Of a stretch of DNA of 14,625 nt, positions 1 to 7,789 are shown piece by piece. Within the stretch, counting starts at the first letter, position 1. The number at the start of each line of letters is the position of its first letter. The stretch is from Verrucomicrobiales bacterium (GTDB lineage: Bacteria; Verrucomicrobiota; Verrucomicrobiia; Verrucomicrobiales; SLCJ01): contig JBJTQJ010000033.1 of assembly GCA_046075565.1 (NCBI GenBank), forward strand, positions 1 to 14,625. Direction: 5' to 3'. Below the pieces are notes generated by a model. The model was not told the DNA's origin. It worked only from the letters and a program-made list of their open reading frames with translations, and did not search any database. Made by a program: the position numbers and the translations under genes.

Positions 1-1013
1 AACACCGTTGAGTGTCCATTGCCCGCCGCTCGAACGGATCTCGCGGAAGCCGAAGGTTGTCGTTTTCTCGTCGACGGGCATATCGTCGCCGGTAAAGAGT
101 CTTGCCCGCGCTTCATGAAGGGCGGGATCAAATTCGCTCCAGAGAGCGGGCGACGAATCCAGGCGCAACCGCATTTCGCCCGAAAATGTCCCATCGGCCT
201 TCTGAGTCATCGGTCCGGAGTTGCCAATTTTCTCTTCCTCATGCCGTTGGCCTCTGGAAATCCACAGTTCCACCGAGGTCTCGCCCGCGCCGGGCTCAAG
301 GCGGCCGACAAACCGCACGAGCACGGTGCCATCATTCGAGGGAAAACTTGAAACGTGGTGATTCGCGACAAAGGCCGGGGTTGGATCTCCATCTTACCGA
401 CGATGCCATTCCAATTACCCTGGGTGTGATCGGTCACGGAATGACTGAGGGGACCGGGATTGATGGTCGTGAGACGATTGTCCACCCGGATGACGAATTG
501 GTGCTGGCCGGGAGCAAGCTCTCCCAGATCGAATTCGTGCGCGGTCCCGAGCGAATCGCTGGAACCAATCTTTTTTCCATCAATCCAGATGGTGCTCTGC
601 CAGTGCACGCGTTCCAAAAACAAATGGGCCGACAAACCTTTCCATGATTCGGGAATCTCGATCTGCTTCTCATACCATGCCGGCCCGACATAGTGACGCG
701 GCGGCTGGAGACAAAACGGGAATTTGAAATTACCCGGTTGCTGCCACTCTTTGAACAAGTCCGGGTATCGCCAGCCATCACCGGTCCATTTCGTTTCCAT
801 GGATGGCTCATTGCCGAAGCCTTAGGCGGTGACTACTCCAGGCAGGGTGATGGTATCCGGAAATCGCCAGTTCTCCCTTGGCTGCTTGAACCCGAGGTCC
901 TTTGGATCGAGGGCGAAGTTCCATTGGCCTTTCAACTCAATGGCTTCTGGAGCGGCCAGTCCCGGAGGATTCAGGACTAGAATCAAACCGACAGTGGCGA
1001 GCAGTCTTTTCAT
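1..1013 (-). pseudogene. Glycoside hydrolase family 2 (beta-galactosidase/beta-glucuronidase-type), secreted; interrupted by an in-frame stop and a frameshift; 3' end beyond the window
   Basis: Manual translation joins three pieces. (1) ATG 1013: MKRLLATVGLILVLNPPGLAA (signal peptide), then IELKGQWNFALDP...TITLPGVVTA, ending at TAA 824-822. (2) The same frame continues GFGNEPSMETKW...YVGPAWYEKQIEIPESWKG...LFLERVHW...IRVDN...HSVTDHTQGNWNGIVGKMEI (GH2 N-terminal sugar-binding domain). (3) After ~340 a different frame reads NDGTVLVRFVGR...PALWSEFDPALHEARARL...TTFGFREIRSSGGQWTLNGV, open to base 1. This is the GH2 Ig domain leading into the TIM barrel. Confidence 0.88.
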
Positions 1014-1036
1014 GGTGGATGTGGTGGGCGGTGGAA

Positions 1037-4000
1037 TCAACCGAACTCTTTGGCCCAAGATTCGGCGCGGCTGAAAGCAAGAACCTGCTCCATCTCCGCG
1101 CGCGCGGCTTCCTGATTGCCGAGTCCGCGATCGGCGAGAGCAATCAGCAAATGGCTTTCCGCATCGCGGCGTCTTTGTAAGTCCTCGTCGAACACAAGCA
1201 AATTGGGCAAGGAAGTGGCGAAATAGTCGATGCGGGCAGTTTCCCTAAGTCTTGTGGTTGCGAAATCCCGCAGGGATGTGAAGACCTCAAGTGCCTCGGC
1301 CTCGCGTCCAAGTTCCCGTAGGGACAATCCGCGGTAATAACTCAGCGGGCTATGGCTGGTGACAGCCATCTCGGCGAAGTCACCCGCTTCACTCGCGCTC
1401 GCTTCGAAAGCGGCCAGCGCTTCATCTTCGCGACCGAGGGAACGCAAGGCACGACCGACCCAGTAATTCACATCGGCCTTGGCCTGGAGTAGATGGTAAG
1501 CCTCGCCGAGATTCTCGGGTGTCACCATTGCCTTTTGGAAATGCCCGAGGCCGGTAGTAGCATCTCCCTTCAACAAGGCCGCACGTCCGAGCTGGAGATG
1601 GGCCGTGGTGAATTCACGGAGCACGCTTCCCTCGCCGCCTTCCCATGGATGGAAGCGCCGTGATGTTAGAATATCCAATGCCTCCCCGGAACGTCCGTGG
1701 AGATTGAGCAGGGCGAGATAAGCGACGGTGCAGTCATCGCGCTCGAGAACGAGTGGGAGAAGTCTCTCCAAGTCAGCCAATCGCTCGGCCGGATCCATGT
1801 TCCGTTTCGCTCGCAGTTGATCCAGTTCGCTGAGCAATCTCGCGTCATTCGCATTCAGGGAACGAGCGGATTCGTAACAGTTGACTGCTCTTTCTCCGTC
1901 ACGGTGGCGGTTCCATGCCGCGATGCCCAGGTTGCGATGCACGGTGGCGAAAGCCGCCCCCTCGGCGATGGAACGCTCCCAGAGGAGGATGGCATCGTCA
2001 TGTCGGCGTTGGTCATAGCACAAGTTCCCGTATCCGTATGCGGCCAGCGGATCCTTGCCGGGGCGGGACAAGGCCCATTCGAGCACAGCTTGTTCCTCCG
2101 GCCGTGATGGAAAGAAATAATCCGGCGATCCTTTGCGAGCCTCCGCCAGTTTGGTATCGTCTCCGAGCAGCCATGCCTCGGCATAGCGAGTCATGGGTGA
2201 TACCGACAGTGGATTCGGGACCGAACATGCGGCGACCGCATGGCCGTGATGCAAAGCCAGCAGGCGGAGGACTTCTTCCTTGGCCCCGGCCTCGGCGAGA
2301 TCAAAAACAAGGTCGAGAATCGTCTGGGCATCATTGCGGCAGACCCTTAGAAATTCCTCCTCTGAAATTTCCCCGGCCAAGACACCAACCCAACGTGCCG
2401 CGTGATCAAGCGGATCTTGGACAAGAACGGCCTGCACATCCGCAACCGCACCTGCTTTGTCCCCCATGCGGAGGCGGAAGAGCGCTCGGAGCGCGTAAGC
2501 CCGCGTGTTACGCTGGTCCATCTCCAGCACTTCGCTGACCTCAACCGTAGCCTGTTGCAGGTCACCCGCACGCGCGAAAATGCAAGCACACTGGACCCCG
2601 GCAGGAACACGCCAGGCGGAATTCCATTTGGCTTTGGCGAGAAGAGGGAGGGCTTGGGTATCATTACCCGAACGCACTTGGGCGAGGCCGAGGAAATAGT
2701 GGGCTTCACCGGTTTCGGGATTCGGATGACGAAAAGTCAGCCGCGCCACGGCAATTTCCAAATGACGGATGGCATCCGCAAGGCATCCACGGCGCAGGGC
2801 GGCGCGGCCCAAGGCAAGTCGCGAGCGCGAGTCTCCCGAATCCCTGCGCACGGCCTCTTCCCAGTAATCGGCGGCGTCGCGGGTTGGATGACGGTAAAGT
2901 TCAAGGTGTTCGCCGGTAAAATACAATTCGTCGGCAGAGGAAATGTCCGCCGGTGGCGGGGGCTCGGTGGCGACCTCGCGGGTGCGGACGCGAACCGAAG
3001 GATCGGGAGCGCGATAGTCGAGCAACTCACGACCGCTGTTGTCGAGCAGGATGGCCCGCAAAGCGGGTTCGTTTTCTCCCTGCATGATCCCGACTTCCTT
3101 GATCCATGCCTTTCCGGTTTCCAGATCCATCTCCCGGTCGAAAAGCACCCGCTCATGCTCCCGGACAACGAGACGCGCTCCGGCAAAGTCACTGGAGACA
3201 CACAGTCCGGCGACAATCATCCGGTCTTCAGCCCGCACTTTCAAACTCAAGGCGGCATCGCGGTTGGCCTGTTGCACCGGACCGATGCCTTGGATGGGCC
3301 ACCAGAACTGGGAAAAGGTTTTCGTTTCGTAAGGAGCGAGATAGCTGAAATCCGGTTGATTGTCGGTATAGACACCGGCCATCAGTTCGATGTAGGGGCC
3401 ATTGGAGTCGGTAAGCTCGCGATCCCATGCGTAGCCGAACCCGTGGTTGCCCCACGTCCATTGTTTTTTGCCGGGTGCGACATGGCGGTCGGCGACATGG
3501 ACAAACCCACCCGACGCATTGAAATCGTAGCCACCGAAAAAGTCGAATCCGGTTTGGCAGATCATGTAACTTGTCGGCACGGGAATATTGCGATACCAAC
3601 TCAGGTCATTGGAGCTGGGGCGTGCCGCATAGTCCACTCCGTAGTAGTGATTGCGAGCGATGGGAAAGGACGACATGGCGCGCACGGCGTGGTCGGCCAC
3701 GTAATGCACATCGGGCGGGAAGAACGACTGGTATTGATCATGCACCATGGCCGCGACATTCGCCCACCAAAGGAAAGTGCGAGTCACGGGTGTGCGGTTG
3801 AAAAGTCGTCCGCGCAATTCAATCAACGATGAGCCGGGCCACAGGCGGATGCCGTGCATTCCCTTCAGCCGGTGCAGGGGATCGTGTTCGCTTTGCCAGA
3901 CGGTGCGGGCTCCGTCGGCTTCCTCCTCGATCCAGACATCCGCCGGCATGAAGGTCCCGGGCCGGTGGTGCTGCGGCCAATTGAATTCGACACCGCCGGA

Positions 4001-4333
4001 GATCCACGGTCCTGCCAAACCGACAAGCGCGGGCTTGATGACATCCTGGCGATAGAAAAAATCGTAGTCGTTGTTGTTCTTGTCCTGGCCGATGAAGATG
4101 CGACCGCCGATTTCGGGCAACATGACCAAGCGGACGTGATCGTTTTCCAAGCGGGCGGATTGGTAGGTTACCGGCGCGGGCTTGTCGAAAACACGATCGA
4201 TAAATGGCACGGGATAGACTTTCCCGTTCGAGCCTTGGTAAACCCTCTTCTTGAAGAAGACGGGATTTTTTTCCGGGGCACCGACCGGGTAGGTCGGGAT
4301 GACAAGCGGTTCAAGGGCGGCGGTAACCGGCAT
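1037..4333 (-). CDS. DUF5107 domain + tetratricopeptide-repeat protein (E. coli YphG-like), 1098 aa, no signal peptide
   Basis: Motifs recalled from YphG/DUF5107 proteins: RVYQGSNGKVYP, LENDHVRLVMLPEIGGRI, IKPALVGLAGPWISGGVEFNWPQHHRP, PGKKQWTWG, GPYIELMAGVYTDNQPDF. The C-terminal ~630 aa are Ala/Leu-rich TPR-like helices containing FHPWEGGEG. Length is similar to YphG (~1090 aa). Confidence 0.92.
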   Translation of the reverse strand: MPVTAALEPLVIPTYPVGAPEKNPVFFKKRVYQGSNGKVYPVPFIDRVFDKPAPVTYQSARLENDHVRLVMLPEIGGRIFIGQDKNNNDYDFFYRQDVIKPALVGLAGPWISGGVEFNWPQHHRPGTFMPADVWIEEEADGARTVWQSEHDPLHRLKGMHGIRLWPGSSLIELRGRLFNRTPVTRTFLWWANVAAMVHDQYQSFFPPDVHYVADHAVRAMSSFPIARNHYYGVDYAARPSSNDLSWYRNIPVPTSYMICQTGFDFFGGYDFNASGGFVHVADRHVAPGKKQWTWGNHGFGYAWDRELTDSNGPYIELMAGVYTDNQPDFSYLAPYETKTFSQFWWPIQGIGPVQQANRDAALSLKVRAEDRMIVAGLCVSSDFAGARLVVREHERVLFDREMDLETGKAWIKEVGIMQGENEPALRAILLDNSGRELLDYRAPDPSVRVRTREVATEPPPPADISSADELYFTGEHLELYRHPTRDAADYWEEAVRRDSGDSRSRLALGRAALRRGCLADAIRHLEIAVARLTFRHPNPETGEAHYFLGLAQVRSGNDTQALPLLAKAKWNSAWRVPAGVQCACIFARAGDLQQATVEVSEVLEMDQRNTRAYALRALFRLRMGDKAGAVADVQAVLVQDPLDHAARWVGVLAGEISEEEFLRVCRNDAQTILDLVFDLAEAGAKEEVLRLLALHHGHAVAACSVPNPLSVSPMTRYAEAWLLGDDTKLAEARKGSPDYFFPSRPEEQAVLEWALSRPGKDPLAAYGYGNLCYDQRRHDDAILLWERSIAEGAAFATVHRNLGIAAWNRHRDGERAVNCYESARSLNANDARLLSELDQLRAKRNMDPAERLADLERLLPLVLERDDCTVAYLALLNLHGRSGEALDILTSRRFHPWEGGEGSVLREFTTAHLQLGRAALLKGDATTGLGHFQKAMVTPENLGEAYHLLQAKADVNYWVGRALRSLGREDEALAAFEASASEAGDFAEMAVTSHSPLSYYRGLSLRELGREAEALEVFTSLRDFATTRLRETARIDYFATSLPNLLVFDEDLQRRRDAESHLLIALADRGLGNQEAARAEMEQVLAFSRAESWAKEFG

Positions 4334-4365
4334 GGCGAACAGTGGAAAGAAGCGGGATGGGTTGA

Positions 4366-5937
4366 TTACCAGAAAATCGCGAAGAAAATCGCAACCCCGA
4401 CGATGACAAGAGCTCCGGCGGCATAAACCACTGGTTCGGTTTTGTGCGGGATATCCACTTTTTCGGGCAGCGTTTTCGGCTCTGGCAGGGGTTTAAGCAG
4501 CGTGATGACCGTCATGATCAAAGCTACGATCCCGAATGAGATCAGAACCTGGAGAAGATAGTGCAGGTGATGGAGCCCATCCGGCCGGTTCTTGGTAATC
4601 TCGGTAAACTGGAAGCAAGCATAGGCGATGGGACCGGAAACGAGCGCGGCGACCCCGGCCATACCGGGCGCGCGGGGCAGAACAAAAGGCATGATAAAAG
4701 CCGCAACCACACCCGGCCAGATATACCCCTGGAACTGCTGGATGTAAGTGAACACCCCCTTGAAGCATTCGCCGTCCAGCATCGGAGCAATCAGGCAACC
4801 AGCGATGACAAAGAGGACGGTCAGGCAACGACCGAGAAAGACCAGTTTTCGCTGCCCGGTTTCACCTTCGACGTTCCGCGCGTAGATATCCATGGTGACG
4901 ACAGTCGAAGCGGAATTGAGTAGGGAGGCCAGCGTGCTTGTCACCGCTCCGGCGATGGCAGCGTAGATGAAACCACGGAGACCGGGCTTGACCAGCTCCG
5001 TGATCATGGTCGGGAAGGCGGCATCGCTCGTCTTGGTCAGTTTGTCCGCGAAAAGCTGCTGGGCCATGAGACCGGGCATGACGATGGCGAATGGCACGAG
5101 CAACCAGAGCCCGCCGGCGAAGATCATGCCGAGCTGACCGTCCTTGAGGGACTTTGCGGCGAGGTTGCGCTGTACGATAAACTGGTTGAGACCGCAGTAG
5201 TAAATCATGACGATCCACATGCCACCGACCACGCCGGTCCACGGCAGATCCTTGTTTCCGGCGGGCAACACCATGTGGAGTTTATCCGCATTGTGGGTCG
5301 CGAACTTTTCCCAGCCTCCAATGGCCTTGAGACCGAGATAAAAGACGAGCATTCCACCGACGAGCAAGGCGAGACCTTGCACGAGGTCGGCCCAGGCGAT
5401 GGCGCGCAATCCCCCGAAGGTCGCGTAAAGGGCTCCGATACAGCCAATGGTCCACACCGCGTGAACAAGGTTCATGTCGGTGATGGCCCGCAAGGTCACC
5501 CCACCGGAATAGAGCACACCCGGCAGAAGCACGGCCACATAGATCACGGCGGTAAGCACGGCCATGAGGGCGCGGGCTGCCCGGTTGTAGCGGTATTCAA
5601 GGTATTCCGGCATTGTATAAATGCCGGCGCGCAGGAACCTCGGGAGCAAGGTGAAGGAGATGAGCACGATGAAAACCGAACCGAGCAATTGCCAGCAGCT
5701 GACGGCCAAGCCAACCGAACCGGCTGCTTGTCCGGCCATGCCGACCATTTGTTCCGTAGAAATATTCGCCGCGACAATCGAGATACCGATGAGTGGCCAT
5801 GTTAGGCCACGTCCGGCGAGGAAATAGTCGCCACTGTCTTCTGCTCCGGGTTTCCGGCGACTCTTCCAAATGGAAAGGCCCAACACGACGACAAAGAATC
5901 CGGTGAAAACAAGCAGGTCGGCAGGTGCGATGTTCAT
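4366..5937 (-). CDS. Sodium:solute symporter (SLC5/SSS family), probably a sugar transporter
   Basis: About 13-14 hydrophobic segments and SSS motifs: DYFLAGRGLTWPLIGISIVAANIS, GIYTMPEYLEYRY, GGLRAIAWADLVQ, NQFIVQRNLAAKS, STLASLLNSASTVVTMDIY. Start placed at ATG 5937 (MNIAPAD) rather than 5973 because GGGGAG lies 9 nt upstream. Confidence 0.95.
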   Translation of the reverse strand: MNIAPADLLVFTGFFVVVLGLSIWKSRRKPGAEDSGDYFLAGRGLTWPLIGISIVAANISTEQMVGMAGQAAGSVGLAVSCWQLLGSVFIVLISFTLLPRFLRAGIYTMPEYLEYRYNRAARALMAVLTAVIYVAVLLPGVLYSGGVTLRAITDMNLVHAVWTIGCIGALYATFGGLRAIAWADLVQGLALLVGGMLVFYLGLKAIGGWEKFATHNADKLHMVLPAGNKDLPWTGVVGGMWIVMIYYCGLNQFIVQRNLAAKSLKDGQLGMIFAGGLWLLVPFAIVMPGLMAQQLFADKLTKTSDAAFPTMITELVKPGLRGFIYAAIAGAVTSTLASLLNSASTVVTMDIYARNVEGETGQRKLVFLGRCLTVLFVIAGCLIAPMLDGECFKGVFTYIQQFQGYIWPGVVAAFIMPFVLPRAPGMAGVAALVSGPIAYACFQFTEITKNRPDGLHHLHYLLQVLISFGIVALIMTVITLLKPLPEPKTLPEKVDIPHKTEPVVYAAGALVIVGVAIFFAIFW

Positions 5938-5946
5938 GGGAATGGA

Positions 5947-5952
5947 CTCCCC
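5947..5952 (-). promoter_or_regulatory. Shine-Dalgarno-like site for the symporter
   Basis: Minus strand reads ctaGGGGAGtccattcccATG, a spacing of 9 nt. Confidence 0.55.
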
Positions 5953-6027
5953 TAGATTAGGAGCAACTCCCATCCAATTCCACCAAGATTCTTGCTATGA
6001 GGCGAGGAGTTTGCCGGGCTCTCCGTT

Positions 6028-6783
6028 TCATTCCTCCGGCGGGGGCACAGTGGCGTCGGTAAGTCCCTCGGGAATGGGAGCATTCGGATCGAGCTCAACC
6101 GTGTCCTCTGGCGGGGGTTGTTCCTCCTCCAATTCGATGACGCGGGTCTCCGCCTGGAGACGGATGGCCTCGAGTTCATTTTCCTCGTCAAGATCGAGGC
6201 GGTGCGCCAGCAGGGCCTTGGCAGCCGAAACAATTTCTGCTTCTTCTCGCTTGATCAAGAGAAGCGACGCCTGTAAGGAGGCCTTTTCATTGCGATTGTG
6301 CAAATCAATAAAGACCTTTTGAAGAAGCGCGGTCGGAGTCCCTGGGTCGAGCAACAGGGCGCCCAGTTTCCCGTATTCGGGATCCGGCAGCAGATTGAGT
6401 GCGTGATCCAGCGCCTGGGATTTTTCGGCCAACCCGAGGTCCTTTCTGCCGGTGAATTCAAGCAAGCCGGTGATAAGCTTGTCGTCAGGTTCATCCCAAT
6501 GTTCGTCCATCCATCGATCCACCACCGGGCTGGCTTCGCTACCTGGATCCTCGGCTTGGCCACTCCCACTGGAACCCGTTTTCCATGGACGACTCGCGCC
6601 CCCCGGGGAAGTTGCTTGTCCGGCGGAGGCATTACCGGCGGTCGGATTCTTCTTGTCCTTGGAACCACTTGTTTCCGCTCCGATGTTCCAGACAATGGCG
6701 ACAACCGCACCGAGCATAAGGATTACCGCGAGCAACAGGTAGAGTTGCCCTTTACGGGTTCTGGGGATTGGTAGTAGGGACAT
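6028..6783 (-). CDS. Hypothetical single-pass membrane-anchored protein with a low-complexity linker, a helical (HEAT-like) domain and an acidic/Pro-rich tail, 251 aa
   Basis: RTRK followed by hydrophobic LYLLLAVILMLGAVVAIVW; a Ser/Gly/Ala linker; amphipathic helices (ALDHALNLLPDPEYGKLGALLLDP...VFIDLHNR); C-terminal EEEQPPPEDTVELDPNAPIPE...PPPEE. Co-oriented with, and fits between, its neighbours. Confidence 0.8.
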   Translation of the reverse strand: MSLLPIPRTRKGQLYLLLAVILMLGAVVAIVWNIGAETSGSKDKKNPTAGNASAGQATSPGGASRPWKTGSSGSGQAEDPGSEASPVVDRWMDEHWDEPDDKLITGLLEFTGRKDLGLAEKSQALDHALNLLPDPEYGKLGALLLDPGTPTALLQKVFIDLHNRNEKASLQASLLLIKREEAEIVSAAKALLAHRLDLDEENELEAIRLQAETRVIELEEEQPPPEDTVELDPNAPIPEGLTDATVPPPEE

Positions 6784-6825
6784 AAGTCAGGATCCAGCGT
6801 TGCGAGAGGGAAAAACCGTTCATGC

Positions 6826-6841
6826 CAGCGGTCGCCCGCTG
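6826..6841 (-). other. Stable RNA hairpin with a GNRA tetraloop just after the HEAT gene stop
   Basis: Minus strand CAGCGG-GCGA-CCGCTG, 6 nt after the TGA. The T-run (ggttttt) lies about 10 nt further on, so it is not a canonical intrinsic terminator. Confidence 0.4.
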
Positions 6842-6847
6842 CTTTCG

Positions 6848-7789
6848 TCAATGAATATCCTTTTCCAAGGCCTCGGTGTACGCCGATTTCCAGTAGTCAT
6901 CGGGATTTTCCGTCAACTCGTCGCGAAAGACTTCAAACTGCCCGTCATCAAAGCTGGAGGTGATGATTTCCCGTAGCGCCGCCCTTCTATCGGGCGAAAG
7001 CTGAAGTCTGGTGGCGGCCACGAGGGCGCGTGCGGATTCCCTGCCGCCGCTTTTCGAAAGGGCGAGGGCTGCCGAGCGAAAAAGTTCCGGGGGCGTGTCC
7101 GCGTGGAGAAGCCCGCCCAAGGCGGGGATGGCGCGGGAGGAATGGGCACCTTCGAGCATGGAGCGGATTCTCCCCGCAGCAGTTTCATCGGTCGCTGATT
7201 CCCGGTGCAACTCGGCCAGATACGCCACGGTTTCGGCGCTCGCGCAACGGGACAGACAGTCTTCCACCGCATTGAGGATTACAGGATCTCCGGTGGTCGC
7301 GGCGACGGAGGTCGCGGCTTCGATACCTTCCTCGTTGGTCAGCAGGTCGAGTGCCCCGCACAGGTTTTTCTTCTGCACGGCATCTTGCTCCGCCACGACC
7401 GTCTCGAAGAATGTCTGCATGGCCTCTGCGGTTCCACAAAGGGCGAGCTGCTGGCAGACGAAAACGCGCTCTTCCCCTGAGAGATTTTTTGAACGCAAGC
7501 TTTCGGACAAAGCCTGCACCGAAATGTTCTCGCCGTTCAAAGAGGCAAGCCGCCCGGCCGCCGCGACAGGGTCCAAATCAGCGGCGGGGTCGGTGGACGA
7601 GTCCAATGGTGCCGCAGGCGCGACCACCCACGGCGGGGAATTTGCCGCCCTCACGCTCGAAGCATTTCCCCCGGAAGGAGTCGCAGGCGATTTCCCAGAC
7701 TCAGGGTAGAGGACGACCATGGCGACCCCGAGGCCACCCGCGAGGGCGACCACGGGAATCCATCGCTTAGAATCCCGTGCTGAGAGCAT
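6848..7789 (-). CDS. Membrane-anchored HEAT-repeat protein, ~313 aa
   Basis: Start reassigned to ATG 7789 (MLSARDSKRWIPVVALAGGLGVAMVVLYP: basic residues then a TM segment), overlapping the protease 3' end by 23 nt. A Pro/Ala/Ser linker follows, then HEAT/PBS-lyase-like repeats (QQLALCGTAEAMQTF, SSRAIPALGGLL, RSAALALSKSGGRESARALV). Confidence 0.8.
   Translation of the reverse strand: MLSARDSKRWIPVVALAGGLGVAMVVLYPESGKSPATPSGGNASSVRAANSPPWVVAPAAPLDSSTDPAADLDPVAAAGRLASLNGENISVQALSESLRSKNLSGEERVFVCQQLALCGTAEAMQTFFETVVAEQDAVQKKNLCGALDLLTNEEGIEAATSVAATTGDPVILNAVEDCLSRCASAETVAYLAELHRESATDETAAGRIRSMLEGAHSSRAIPALGGLLHADTPPELFRSAALALSKSGGRESARALVAATRLQLSPDRRAALREIITSSFDDGQFEVFRDELTENPDDYWKSAYTEALEKDIH

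Noticed and set aside
339..345. Programmed -1 frameshift at T-TTC-CCT (fits X XXY YYZ) in GH2
   Set aside because: Y=C is a poor slippery site, and the upstream in-frame TAA would also need bypassing. Mutation or sequencing error is simpler.
822..824. Stop-codon reassignment or Sec/Pyl recoding
   Set aside because: The codon is TAA, not TGA or TAG, and TAA terminates other genes in this window.
2402..3832. 476-aa plus-strand ORF
   Set aside because: Antisense shadow of the well-conserved DUF5107 gene, with no recognisable motifs. Expected in GC-rich DNA.
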